DNA of 64,000 nucleotides from assembly GCA_965220745.1 (NCBI GenBank), contig CBDCQT010000007.1, forward strand, positions 1 through 64,000. Direction: 5' to 3'. Made by a program: the position numbers and the translations under genes. The notes below the pieces were generated by a model, which did no database searches, had not been told where the DNA came from, and saw only the letters and a program-made list of their open reading frames with translations. Of the stretch, positions 51,737 through 62,025 are shown piece by piece. This stretch comes from Alphaproteobacteria bacterium. Lineage in GTDB: Bacteria; Pseudomonadota; Alphaproteobacteria; UBA828. Each line of letters starts with the position of its first letter. The first letter of the stretch is position 1.

Positions 51737-52936
51737 TCAGGCTATCACACCGGCGCCCCTGAGCCGGGAGAGATCGGCGCCGCTCTTGCCGCAGAGGCCG
51801 GCCAGCACCTCGTCCGTATGCTGGCCGAGGAGCGGCGGTGGGTCGTAGCTCTCGCCCGGCGTCTCGCTCAGCTTGATCGGGTTACCCGTGGTGCGGAAGG
51901 AGCCGCCCTCCGGGTGTGCGATTTCGACCACCATGTCGCGGGCCTGTACCTGCACGTCGGTGAGCGCGTGGGCCACGTCGTTGACCGGCCCGCACGGCAC
52001 GCGGGCCGCGCGCAGCTTCTCCAGCCACTCGTCGCAGCCGCGCGCCGCAAGCGCCTCCGTGATCGCGCCGACGACCTCCTCCCGATGGTCGCGCCGGCCC
52101 TCGTAGCCGTCGAAGCGCGCGTCCTGGAGCGCCGGGCTCCCCAACACGTCCCTGAGCCGTGCCCATTGATCGTCCTTCACCACCGCGATGATGAGCCACC
52201 GGTCCTTGGTCTGGAATGTATCGTACGGCACGTAGACCGAATGCGCGTTGCCGAATTGGCGCGGCACATCGCCGGAGAGCAGGTGCATCGCGGCGATGTA
52301 GCTCAGGAGCGAGACCTGGCAGTCCTGCATGGAGAGGTCGATATGCTGGCCGCGCCCGGTCAGCTCGCGCGCATGCAGCGCCGCCAGCATGGCGACGGCG
52401 CCGAAGAGCCCGCTGGTGAGGTCGCCCATGGGCACGCCGGCGCGGATGGGCGGGCCGCCGGGCTCGCCGGTGATCGACATGCCGCCGCCGTAACCCTGGG
52501 CCACCATGTCGAAGGCGGTACGGTCGCAGTCCGGACCCTCTTCGCCGAAGCCGGTCACGCTGCAGGTGACGATGCGCGGGTTGATCGCGGCGAGCGTCGC
52601 GTGGTCGATGCCGAGCCGCTCGGTCACGCCGGCGCGAAAATTGTTGACGACGATATCTGCCTTGGCCGCGAGCTCGTGGAAGAGGGCGCGGCCCTCCGCC
52701 CGCTTCAGGTCGATGCAGACGCTCTTCTTGTTGCGGTTGAGCGTGCGGAAGTAGGGCCCCATCCCCTTGTAGGCGTAGCGCGGGTGGTCGCCCATCAGGC
52801 TGCGGGTCATCTCGCCGGTGCCGGGCGGCTCCACCTTGATGGTCTGGGCGCCGAGATCGGCCAGCAGCATCGCGGCGAAGGGTCCCGACAGCATATGCGT
52901 CAGGTCGAGCATCACGATGTCCGAGAGGGCCTTCAT
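51737..52936 (-). CDS. CaiB/BaiF family III CoA-transferase
   Basis: LSGPFAAMLLADLGA, NRNKKS and PPLLGQHT. Confidence 0.92.
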   Translation of the reverse strand: MKALSDIVMLDLTHMLSGPFAAMLLADLGAQTIKVEPPGTGEMTRSLMGDHPRYAYKGMGPYFRTLNRNKKSVCIDLKRAEGRALFHELAAKADIVVNNFRAGVTERLGIDHATLAAINPRIVTCSVTGFGEEGPDCDRTAFDMVAQGYGGGMSITGEPGGPPIRAGVPMGDLTSGLFGAVAMLAALHARELTGRGQHIDLSMQDCQVSLLSYIAAMHLLSGDVPRQFGNAHSVYVPYDTFQTKDRWLIIAVVKDDQWARLRDVLGSPALQDARFDGYEGRRDHREEVVGAITEALAARGCDEWLEKLRAARVPCGPVNDVAHALTDVQVQARDMVVEIAHPEGGSFRTTGNPIKLSETPGESYDPPPLLGQHTDEVLAGLCGKSGADLSRLRGAGVIA

Positions 52937-53147
52937 CGGGGCGTCTGGCGTGCTGCGGCGGGAAGGGCGCACACTCTATGGCCCGCGCCCGCGGCCGGTC
53001 AATGCGGGCTGGCCAGATAAGGGTCGCTGGTCGTGTCTATGTCACCGGGGTGCATCGCCGTGCTTCGCCGCGTCCAGTCGCTGCCGGAAGCCGGTGTCCC
53101 AACCCCCATACTTGCTATTGGTCGCCGCCGACCCCCGACTTCATGCT

Positions 53148-54317
53148 ATGTCGTTGTATCTTGAGATGACCAAGACCGCGCCATTCGAGTTCCTGTGCTT
53201 GAGCCGCGACCTTTCACAGCGGCGGACGGTCGAGCGCGTGCTGGGTCGAGAGGGCAGGGTTAGCTGGATCCTGCTGCGCCCGATAGGCCTGCGCCGGTAT
53301 GAAGAGGCGCGCGCAGTCGCCGAAAGAGCATTGCCCAATGCGCCAAACCAGCCGTCTGGTTGGCTGATGCGAACGCTCAAACTGTGGCACCTCAGAGCGC
53401 AATATGCCGGTGCACGGCGTCTGTTCCAGCGCCGCAAGTCGGCCGTCGCCGTGGCTTGGGGCGCCAGCGATGGAGGGCGCATGGCCTTCATGGAGGGTGC
53501 GCGGGCTGCTGGTGCCCAACGGCTATACCTCGAACTCGCGCCGCTGCCCGGGCGGATCACAGTCGACCCGCGTGGGGTCAATGCGCTCTGTTCGTTGCCC
53601 CGAACGCTCGAGCCCTATCTGGCATGGGCCGACCAACATGCACCGGATCGAAAGGCATGGCGCGCGGCACGGAGCGACATCCGGCAGCGCACCGCCTCCC
53701 GGCTACGGGTCAGCGATGACGGATTGCCGCCCCTGGATGAGCCTTTTCTTTTCGTACCATTGCAGGTTCCCAAAGACACCCAGGTCCGGTTGTTTGGTGG
53801 CGAGTTCAGAAGCGTGGATGTCTTTGTATCATCCCTTGCGTCGGCAGCCAGTTCACTGCCCGATGGCTGGCATCTGCGGCTCAAGGAACACCCCTCGACC
53901 CAGGTCTCGGTTGTCGAAGCGATCCGCGCAGCCGGCGCGTCTCGGATCTGGCTGGACAATGACACCGACACTTTCGAACAAGTCGCCGCGTCTCGCGGGG
54001 TGGTCACGGTCAACTCCTCGGTTGGGATCCAAGCGTTCTATTTCGACAAGCCGGTGGTGGTCTGCGGACAGACCTTCTGGGCCATCCCCGGAATCGCGAC
54101 ACCGGCGCCTGACATGGACAGCCTCAAGGATGTCCTCGCCGAGGCCGAGACACTTAATTTTGATGTGGACGCTCGCGACGCCTTCATGAGCTACTTGTCG
54201 TCGGTCTATTTCCCTGAGACCGACGGGATCGGGTCGGCCGCAAGCATCGCCGAGCGGCTGGCCGGGCCGGATGCGTACGGTTTCTGGGGAGTCGGGCCAA
54301 GAGCGTCAACATTGTAG
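53148..54317 (+). CDS. Capsular polysaccharide biosynthesis protein (KpsS/Capsule_synth-like)
   Basis: TVDPRGVNA, FVPLQVPKDTQV, LKEHP and VVTVNSSVGIQA. Start uncertain. Confidence 0.75.
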   Translation: MSLYLEMTKTAPFEFLCLSRDLSQRRTVERVLGREGRVSWILLRPIGLRRYEEARAVAERALPNAPNQPSGWLMRTLKLWHLRAQYAGARRLFQRRKSAVAVAWGASDGGRMAFMEGARAAGAQRLYLELAPLPGRITVDPRGVNALCSLPRTLEPYLAWADQHAPDRKAWRAARSDIRQRTASRLRVSDDGLPPLDEPFLFVPLQVPKDTQVRLFGGEFRSVDVFVSSLASAASSLPDGWHLRLKEHPSTQVSVVEAIRAAGASRIWLDNDTDTFEQVAASRGVVTVNSSVGIQAFYFDKPVVVCGQTFWAIPGIATPAPDMDSLKDVLAEAETLNFDVDARDAFMSYLSSVYFPETDGIGSAASIAERLAGPDAYGFWGVGPRASTL

Positions 54318-54601
54318 AGAACCCACAAGTTCGGCTTGGACAGATCGGCGATCCATCGCGGCTGGAAGGGATAAGCGCGTTTTGCGTGTCAAGAACGGGG
54401 CCGCCTCAGTCATCGGCGGATCAAAGAACCGCGCCAAATCCGCCAGGCAAATGGTAGCGCATCTCCAAACCGGACGACTAACTGGCCATTGATGCACTGG
54501 GGATTTTGGACGAGCGCCCTTGCGTCACTTTCCTTCCCCGCGTCATGAGCTCGGAGGCGAAGATGATGGGCGATGTCAGTCGAAACAAGAGTACCCAGTG
54601 C

Positions 54602-55498
54602 TCACCGCTGCGGGTTCCGTCTCTTGCGTAGAAAGGTACGAAAAACCGAGTTTAGCGTACTTTGCCGGTATCGGCCCTTGGTGAGGTGCCGGATTTGACA
54701 CACCCCGGCGAGTTCGATGGGCACGCCATGCGTGCCGAGTAACCACCGGAACGCGGAGTCTTCATAGCACTTGCGCCAGTGCTTTGCCGGTTTCTGATAG
54801 ACAGGTATCGAGTCGCAGTATCCGAACGCGCGTGCGATGTCCCCGTGCACAATCTGGTAGGGGCCCATGGCTCTCTTCGCCGGCCCCAGGCGATACGGGA
54901 ACGCTTGCAGCGGAAGGTCCATGAGCGCTGGACCCGTTCGACCTCGCTGCAAGACAGGATCCTCTTCCGGCAGTAGCGCGGTTACCTGAATCGACACAGG
55001 AAAAACCAGCATGTCGTCCCTGTCCTGAAGAAGCTTCGCCAAGGAATCCAAGCATCCCTCTCCGAAGACGACGTCGGCGTCAGTGAACCAAACCCAATCG
55101 GCGGTACTTCGCTTCGCCGAAAGATTTCGACCGATGCCACGCCGAAACAGGGATTCGTTCGGCAATGGCTGCCAGTCCCATGTGATGCCTGGAAGCTCAA
55201 TCTCTCCGAAGAAACGTAGCACCTCCTGGGTTTGCTCATCTTCGGGGGAGTAATACACCGTCATCGTGAGGTCGCATCTTGAGCTTCGATGACTAACGAG
55301 AGAGCTGAGCTGATAGGTCAGGAAATGGTCGTAGCGCCAGCAGTGACTCACTATGTGCAGGCGAAGCTGGCCCCGGCGCTTCGCTCTGGGAATCCGCGCG
55401 GGATCGACCCGGCGAAACCAAGAGACGGGAAGGAATCGCCTCGCGACGAACTGGTAAAGCAGCACAGCGCCCAATTCGCCGATGTCCGATTTCAGCAA
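54602..55498 (-). CDS. GT-A fold (family 2-like) glycosyltransferase
   Basis: RGIGRN...DWVWFTDADV (DxD motif) and a downstream ED motif. Lower GC than the flanks. Confidence 0.7.
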   Translation of the reverse strand: MLKSDIGELGAVLLYQFVARRFLPVSWFRRVDPARIPRAKRRGQLRLHIVSHCWRYDHFLTYQLSSLVSHRSSRCDLTMTVYYSPEDEQTQEVLRFFGEIELPGITWDWQPLPNESLFRRGIGRNLSAKRSTADWVWFTDADVVFGEGCLDSLAKLLQDRDDMLVFPVSIQVTALLPEEDPVLQRGRTGPALMDLPLQAFPYRLGPAKRAMGPYQIVHGDIARAFGYCDSIPVYQKPAKHWRKCYEDSAFRWLLGTHGVPIELAGVCQIRHLTKGRYRQSTLNSVFRTFLRKRRNPQR

Positions 55499-55687
55499 GT
55501 CCGATTCTCTGCGAGTGATTCACTGCTCCCGCGTGCAGCCCACAGCGATAACCGATTTCAGCGCGCCGATGTATCACTGTGGGCAGCAATTCCACGCAGG
55601 AAGTTCGTGCATCGTGGCTCAAGACCTACCGCACTCATGCGCCGGAATGTCTCATTTTGCAACACAAGCGGCGGAAACGAACGTAAC

Positions 55688-55709
55688 ACGTAACCGCGCA
55701 TGGTTACGT
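55688..55709. promoter_or_regulatory. Operator-like palindrome between divergent genes
   Basis: ACGTAACC-N6-GGTTACGT, preceded by an extra ACGTAAC half-site at 55681. Confidence 0.4.
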
Positions 55710-55817
55710 CGGGCGGGAGAAAGATCGGGCGGGTGTCAATGCGGCTGCAGCCGGCCTCGGGTCGCATGTCTCGCCCCGTGATACCATCGACCGGCAGTAG
55801 AGCGTAGGGAGGTGAGC

Positions 55818-56786
55818 ATGGCGGCGAAACCGGTCGGCTGGGGCATGATCGGCACGCGGGGCTGGAGCGACATGATCCTTGGCCCGGCGATCAATGCGGC
55901 GCGGGGCGCCCGGTTCAAGGCCGTGCTGTCCACGAAGCAGGAGAACGCCGAGCGCTACTGCGCGAGCCACGGCGTGGCCCGCGGCTACACGGACCTCGAG
56001 GCCTTCCTCGCCGATCCCGCCGTCGACGTGGTGTGGATCGCGAGCCCCAACCACCTGCACAGGGACCAGACCATCGCCGCGCTCAAGGCTGGCAAGCACG
56101 TGCTCTGCGAAAAGCCTATGGCGATGAACCAAGCCGAATGCCGGGCGATGATCAGGGCTGCCAAGAAGGCCGAGCGCCTGCTCACCATCGGCTACAACAG
56201 CCGCCACCACCCCAGGCTAGATAGGCTGCGGGAGCAGTGGCAGGCCGGCCGCTTCGGCGAACCGGTGCACATGCACTGCCAGTTCCGCTACCGCTACCCC
56301 GAAGTGCCCGACGACTGGTGGCGCCTCGACGACGCGAAATCGGGCTGCTGGGTGCTGGGCGATATCGGCACCCACTTCATCGACCTGCTGCGCTGGTTCA
56401 ACGGCGAGGCGAAGACGGTCCACGCCCATCTCGCCAATAAGGCCTACGGGCGCTCGGCTGACACTGCCGCGGTCTCCATCGGCTTCGCGAACGGTGCCTT
56501 CGGCACGATCACGGCCTCCACCGCCGTGACCACCGGCGGCGGGTTCGAGCTGCTCGGCAGCGAGAGCTGTTGCACGATCGAGGGCGGCTTCGTCGGCATC
56601 CCGGGCACCATGACCACGGTGCGAAAGGGCGGTAAGCCGCGTACCGTCTCGCTCGCGGGCTACGACACCTACAAGGCCCAAGTGGAGAGTATCACCCGCG
56701 CCATTGCCCGCGGCACACCGCTCGCGGTCACGGCCCAGGACGGGCTCGCCAACGTCCGCGTCATCGAGCAGGCGCGCGGCTGGTAA
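55818..56786 (+). CDS. Gfo/Idh/MocA-family oxidoreductase
   Basis: GWGMIG, AGKHVLCEKPM and DIGTHFID. Confidence 0.9.
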   Translation: MAAKPVGWGMIGTRGWSDMILGPAINAARGARFKAVLSTKQENAERYCASHGVARGYTDLEAFLADPAVDVVWIASPNHLHRDQTIAALKAGKHVLCEKPMAMNQAECRAMIRAAKKAERLLTIGYNSRHHPRLDRLREQWQAGRFGEPVHMHCQFRYRYPEVPDDWWRLDDAKSGCWVLGDIGTHFIDLLRWFNGEAKTVHAHLANKAYGRSADTAAVSIGFANGAFGTITASTAVTTGGGFELLGSESCCTIEGGFVGIPGTMTTVRKGGKPRTVSLAGYDTYKAQVESITRAIARGTPLAVTAQDGLANVRVIEQARGW

Positions 56787-56879
56787 GCCGCCCCACCTCG
56801 GCCACCGCGTGCGGTTGACCCGCATCGTCCGCCATGAAAGTGTCTCGGCCGTCCGAGACACGCTGGGAGGCGGGGAGAG

Positions 56880-57119
56880 ATGAGCGGCAAGTGGCTCCCG
56901 TTTGGGCTCGCCTGGTACGACACGCGAATTTTCAACTGCTCCTTCTGCGGCATCATGATGGCGCGGGAATACTGGGTGGACGACGAGTTCCCCGGCGAGA
57001 TGTTCTGCGAGGACAAGTGCGCAGACGTGAAGCGCCGCGTGCGCGCCGAGTTCGCCGAGGCGAAGGCGGCCGGCCGCGTCGAGGAAGCGCGCCACGGCGA
57101 GGAGGCAAGCGATGTATAG
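56880..57119 (+). CDS. Small Cys4 putative metal-binding protein, 79 aa; partner of hydantoinase A/B fusion copy 2
   Basis: MSGKWLPFGLAWYDTRIFNCSFCGIMMAREYWVDDEFPGEMFCEDKCA... RBS GGGGAGAG; overlaps the downstream start by 8 bp; paralog of 13601-13774. Confidence 0.85.
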   Translation: MSGKWLPFGLAWYDTRIFNCSFCGIMMAREYWVDDEFPGEMFCEDKCADVKRRVRAEFAEAKAAGRVEEARHGEEASDV

Positions 57120-60100
57120 GGTCGGCATCGACACCGGCGGCACGTTCACGGACCTGGTCGCGCTGGACGACGCGAGCGGCCACATCCGCACCGTCAAGGT
57201 TCCCTCCACACCGCAGCAGCCCGCCGCCGCGCCACTCAACGCCATCGGCCAGAGCCGGCTCACACCGGACGAGATCGGCCGCATCGTGCTCGGCACCACC
57301 ATCGCCACCAACGCGCGCCTCCAGAAGAAGGGCGCGACCGTGCTCTACGTCGGCACCGACGGCGTGCAGGACGTGCCCATCATCGGGCTGATCGCGCGCA
57401 AGGAGGCTTACAACCCGGCGTGGGAGAAGCCCAGTACCGGCGTGCTGCGCCGCCATGTCTTCGGCATCAAGGAGCGCGTCGATCACAAGGGCAACATCTT
57501 GGTCCCGCTGGAAAAGCCCGAGCTGGAGCGGCTCGGCGACTGGATCGACGAATGGCGCAAGAGCGACCCCGCGCAGGAGTGGGCGGTCGCGGTCAACCTG
57601 CTCTTCTCCTATGTCGATACCAGCCACGAGGAGGCCATCGGTGCCTACCTGGCCGAGCGCTTCCCCGACCTGCCGGTTTCGCTCTCCAGCGATGTCTGCC
57701 CGATCTGGCGCGAGTATCAACGCAGCGCCACGGTCATCACCGACGCATTCATCAAGCGCATCATCGACCGCTTCGTGGGCCAAGTCTCGGCCGACCTGGA
57801 GACGGCGGGGATCGAGGCGCCGCTCTCGCTGATGAAGTCGAACGGCGGCCATCTGCAGGCGGAATCCGCCGGTGATGCGCCGGTCCAGCTGCTGCTCTCG
57901 GGCCTCGCCGGCGGGGTCATCGCCGGCGCCCGCTTCGCCCGCGATCACGCGGACGGCAACGGCGTCACCCTCGACATGGGCGGCACCAGCTGCGACGTCG
58001 GCCTCGTCACCGACGGCGCCTTCGGCTCAACCACCGAGTACGAGGTGGAGTGGGGCGTGCCGGTGAGCGCGCTCTTCATCGACTACACCACCATCGGCGC
58101 GGGCGGCGGCTCCATCGCCTATGTCGACGTGGGCGGCCTGCTCCGCGTGGGACCTCGCAGCGCAGGTGCCGACCCCGGCCCTGCCTGCTACGGCCAGGGC
58201 GGGACCGAGCCGACGGTCACCGACGCCAACGTGGTGCTCGGCCGTCTCGACCCCGACTACTTCCTGGGCGGCGAGATGACGCTGGACGCCGCCAAGGCGC
58301 AGGAGGCGGTGGCCGGGCTCGGCCAGAAACTCGGTCTCACGGCAGTGGAGACCGCGCGCGCGATCCTGGAGACCGCGGCCGAGAACATGGCGGACGCGAT
58401 CCGCCTCATGACGGTCGAGCGCGGCATCGATCACCGCGACTATGCCCTTATCGCGTTCGGCGGCGCAGGCCCGCTCCACGCCGTTGATGTCGCGGCTCCG
58501 CTGGAGATGAAGAAGGTCGTCGTGCCGCCGCATCCGGGGCTCTGCTCGGCGCTCGGCACGCTGCTCACCGACCTCCGCGTCGACCGCGCACGCACGGTCA
58601 ACCACCGCTCGGACACGGTGGACCTCCCCACCCTCAACAGCCAGCTCCAGGCGCTTGCCCGCGAGGCGGTGGAGGAGCTCAAGCGCGATGGGCTGGAGGG
58701 CGAGGCGCGCGTCACCGGCTACATCAGCATGCGCTACATGGGCCAGAACTTCGGCGAGCTGGTGCAGCTCGACACCCTGGAGCTCGACGAGGACGGCTTC
58801 GCGCGGGCGCTGGAAGGGCTCCACCGCCAGCACGAGGAGCTCTACGGCTACGCGCTCCGCGACAAGGTCGCCGAGATGACCGAGGTGCGGGTGATCGCCG
58901 TCGGCGAGGAGCGCACCGATGCGACGCTGAGCGCGCCCGCCGTGGGCTCGGGCCACGCCCATGCCCACCGCGAGGTCTACTTCGACGGCGACACGCCGCT
59001 GGAAACGCCGATCTACCGCCGCTCGGAGCTCCCCGCAGGCTCCGTGGTCGCAGGCCCCGCTATCATCGACGAGATGGACTCCACCACCCTCGTGCCACCG
59101 CAGAGCGAGGTGGAGATCGGCGCCGACGGCAGCCTCATCGTGAGCCTGCCGAGGGCCGCGAGCGCTGCGGTCGGCACCGGGCGGCTCGCGCCGGAGAAGG
59201 ACCCGGTCACGCTCACGGTGGTCAACAACGCGCTCGGCAACATCTGCAACGAGATGGAAAGCGCCATGGTGCGCACCGCGTATTCGCCGATCTTCAGCGA
59301 ATCGCGAGACTTCTCGTGCTGCCTGTTCGACCGTCGCCTGCGCATGGTGGGCCAGGCCGAGATGAACCCGGCGATCATCTGCGCCGGCCTGCACACGGTG
59401 CCGCTCTGCGTGAAAGAGATGGAGGAGCCGATCGAGCAAGGCGACGTGATCGTCCACAACGATCCCTACCGCGGCCAGTGCCACATGCCGGAGCATCTGC
59501 TGATGAAGCCGGTCTTCGTCGACGGCACGCTGATCGGCTACGCCGCCAACATCGCACACATTGCCGAGATCGGCGGCATGGCAGTGGGCTCCTTCGCCAG
59601 TACCGCCACCGAGGTGTTCCAGGAGGGGCTCCGGCTGCCCCCGGTGAAGCTGCTCTCGCGCGGCGAATACGTGAAGGACGTCTGGCGCATCGCGCTCGCC
59701 AATCACCGCACCCCCAACACCACCTGGGGCGACTTCCACGCGATGATCGGCTCGCTCAACACCGCCGAGCAGCGCCTCGGCGCGCTGGTGAAGCGCCTCG
59801 GCGTCGAGACCTTCGAGAAGATCTGCGACGCGCTCGTGGACCACGCCGAGCACTGGATGCGGAACGAGATCCGCAAGCTCCCCAACGGCATCTACAAGGC
59901 CGAGGACTACTTCGAGGACGACGGGGTCAGCACCGACCGCTTCTACTTCCGCCCCACCGTGCACATCCGGGAGGAGGAGATCGTGGTCGACCTCTCGGAA
60001 TCGGACGAGCAGGCGCGGGGGCCGATCAACGTCACCTACGTGGCGACCGCCGCTGCCGGCTGCACCGCGGTGCTGCAGACCCTCTGTGCCCGCGATGTGC

Positions 60101-60927
60101 CGCTCAACAGCGGCTGCTTCAAGCCGCTCCGCGTGGTAGCACCTCCGGGAACGGTCGCGAACCCGGTTTTCCCCGCGCCGAGCGTCGCCGGCAACACCGA
60201 GGGCCAGCCCCGCATCATCGCGGCGGTGCAGCACGCGCTCTCCAAGGCCGTGCCGGACATGGTGAGCGCCGCCGAGGGCGGCACCGCATGCAACCTGCTG
60301 CTCGGCGGAATCCACCCCGATACCGGCGAGTATTGGACCCACTACCAGCTCGAAGGCGGCGGTTGGGGCGGCCGGCTCGGCAAGGACGGCAACACCGCAC
60401 TCTGCTGCGCGCACGCGAGCACCATCCGGGCGACGCCGATCGAGGTGTTCGAGACCCGCTTCCCGCTCCGTGTGATGAAGTACGAGATCCGCCCCGATTC
60501 AGGCGGCGCGGGCAAGTGGCGGGGCGGGCTCGGCTGCTGGCGCCAGTTCGAGGTGATTGCGGATGCGATCAGCGTAAGCGCGCTCACCGACCGCATCACC
60601 GAGGGACCCTATGGGCTGATGAAGGGGGAGGCCGGCGCGCCCACGGGCTTCTTCGTCAAGCGCGTGGAAGACGAAGAGTTCCGCACCTTCAAGGAGGTCT
60701 ACGGTACCGTAAGCCCGACCAAGTTCGTCAACATCCGGCTGCACCGGGGCGACCAGATCCTGGTCCGCGTGCCGGGGGGCGGCGGCTACGGCGACCCGCA
60801 CGAGCGGGCGGAGGACGCGCTCCGCGCCGATCTGGAGGACGGTTTCGTCAGCGTGGAAGGGCTCTCGGCCTATGGCCGTGACGCGAGCTTCGCCGACGCG
60901 GTGAAGGAAGCCGCCGCAGCGGAATAG
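57112..60927 (+). CDS. Fused hydantoinase/oxoprolinase A+B family ATP-dependent enzyme (copy 2)
   Basis: IDTGGTFTD, DMGGTSCD, GPRSAGADPGPACY, SESRDFSC, HNDPYRGQCHMPEH, AHIAEIGG and GGGGYGDP. Confidence 0.92.
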   Translation: MYRVGIDTGGTFTDLVALDDASGHIRTVKVPSTPQQPAAAPLNAIGQSRLTPDEIGRIVLGTTIATNARLQKKGATVLYVGTDGVQDVPIIGLIARKEAYNPAWEKPSTGVLRRHVFGIKERVDHKGNILVPLEKPELERLGDWIDEWRKSDPAQEWAVAVNLLFSYVDTSHEEAIGAYLAERFPDLPVSLSSDVCPIWREYQRSATVITDAFIKRIIDRFVGQVSADLETAGIEAPLSLMKSNGGHLQAESAGDAPVQLLLSGLAGGVIAGARFARDHADGNGVTLDMGGTSCDVGLVTDGAFGSTTEYEVEWGVPVSALFIDYTTIGAGGGSIAYVDVGGLLRVGPRSAGADPGPACYGQGGTEPTVTDANVVLGRLDPDYFLGGEMTLDAAKAQEAVAGLGQKLGLTAVETARAILETAAENMADAIRLMTVERGIDHRDYALIAFGGAGPLHAVDVAAPLEMKKVVVPPHPGLCSALGTLLTDLRVDRARTVNHRSDTVDLPTLNSQLQALAREAVEELKRDGLEGEARVTGYISMRYMGQNFGELVQLDTLELDEDGFARALEGLHRQHEELYGYALRDKVAEMTEVRVIAVGEERTDATLSAPAVGSGHAHAHREVYFDGDTPLETPIYRRSELPAGSVVAGPAIIDEMDSTTLVPPQSEVEIGADGSLIVSLPRAASAAVGTGRLAPEKDPVTLTVVNNALGNICNEMESAMVRTAYSPIFSESRDFSCCLFDRRLRMVGQAEMNPAIICAGLHTVPLCVKEMEEPIEQGDVIVHNDPYRGQCHMPEHLLMKPVFVDGTLIGYAANIAHIAEIGGMAVGSFASTATEVFQEGLRLPPVKLLSRGEYVKDVWRIALANHRTPNTTWGDFHAMIGSLNTAEQRLGALVKRLGVETFEKICDALVDHAEHWMRNEIRKLPNGIYKAEDYFEDDGVSTDRFYFRPTVHIREEEIVVDLSESDEQARGPINVTYVATAAAGCTAVLQTLCARDVPLNSGCFKPLRVVAPPGTVANPVFPAPSVAGNTEGQPRIIAAVQHALSKAVPDMVSAAEGGTACNLLLGGIHPDTGEYWTHYQLEGGGWGGRLGKDGNTALCCAHASTIRATPIEVFETRFPLRVMKYEIRPDSGGAGKWRGGLGCWRQFEVIADAISVSALTDRITEGPYGLMKGEAGAPTGFFVKRVEDEEFRTFKEVYGTVSPTKFVNIRLHRGDQILVRVPGGGGYGDPHERAEDALRADLEDGFVSVEGLSAYGRDASFADAVKEAAAAE

Positions 60928-60930
60928 ACG

Positions 60931-62025
60931 TCAACCGGCTTCGGCCGCCTGCCCGGCGTTCCCCGCCGCCGCCCGGTCGCGCTCCCGGTCGCGCTCTCGC
61001 TCGTTGCCGAGGGCGCGGACCAGGGTGCCGAGCGATACGGTGCCGACCGGCTCGCCCTCGCCGTTCAGGACGCGGGCCTCGCCACCGGGTGATGCGACCG
61101 CGACCGGCAGCGCCTCCTCCACCGACATGTCGTGCGGGCAATCGGGCCCCTGCAAGTCCGGCCTGAGCGGCTCCATGATGGAGCCCACGCGAATGACGCG
61201 GCCGCGATTGATGCTCTTCGTGAAGTCGGCGATGTAGGAGTCCGCTGGGCGCAGCACGATGTCCTGCGAATCGCCGTTCTGAACGACCTCGCCGTCGCGC
61301 AGGATCGCGATGCGGTCGCCGATCTCAATGGCTTCCTCGAGGTCGTGGGTGACGAACACAATGGTCTTGTGCAACTCGTGCTGCAGGTCCAGCAGCAGCA
61401 CCCGCATGTCCGATCGGATCAGCGGATCGAGCGCACTGAAGGCCTCGTCCATCAGCAAGATGTCTGCATCGGTCGCAAGCGCGCGGGCGAGGCCGACGCG
61501 CTGCTGCATACCGCCTGAGAGGTGATGCGGATAGGAGTTTTCGTAGCCCTGCAGGCCGACCCTCTCGATCCAACGCGCCGCGCGGTCGGCGCGTTCGCGC
61601 TTAGCAAGGCGCTGAAGCGCCAGGCCGTAACTGATGTTGTCCATCACGGTCCGGTGCGGGAACAGCGCAAAGCGCTGGAACACCATGCTGATCTTGTAGC
61701 GCCGGAGCTGCTTTAGCGCTGCGGCGTCGAGCGCGAGCATGTCCTCCCCGTCCACACGGATTTCGCCTTCGGTCGGGTCGATGAGACGGTTGATATGGCG
61801 GACGAGGGTGGACTTGCCGGAGCCGCTGAGTCCCATGACGACCTGGATGCTGCGCGGGGACACGTCCAGATTGATGTCGCGCAGTCCGAGCACGTGACCG
61901 TGGTCTTCCAGCAGCTCCTGCTTGCCGATGCCTTCGTGCACCAGCGGCATCACCGACGCCGGGTCGGCGCCGAACACCTTGTAGAGGCGTCCGACGTGGA
62001 TGCCTTCGTGGGTCTGCGCGGTCAT
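60931..62025 (-). CDS. proV: Glycine betaine/proline-type ABC transporter ATP-binding subunit
   Basis: GLSGSGKS, LSGGMQQRVGLA and DEAFSALDP. Start ATG 62025. Confidence 0.88.
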   Translation of the reverse strand: MTAQTHEGIHVGRLYKVFGADPASVMPLVHEGIGKQELLEDHGHVLGLRDINLDVSPRSIQVVMGLSGSGKSTLVRHINRLIDPTEGEIRVDGEDMLALDAAALKQLRRYKISMVFQRFALFPHRTVMDNISYGLALQRLAKRERADRAARWIERVGLQGYENSYPHHLSGGMQQRVGLARALATDADILLMDEAFSALDPLIRSDMRVLLLDLQHELHKTIVFVTHDLEEAIEIGDRIAILRDGEVVQNGDSQDIVLRPADSYIADFTKSINRGRVIRVGSIMEPLRPDLQGPDCPHDMSVEEALPVAVASPGGEARVLNGEGEPVGTVSLGTLVRALGNERERDRERDRAAAGNAGQAAEAG

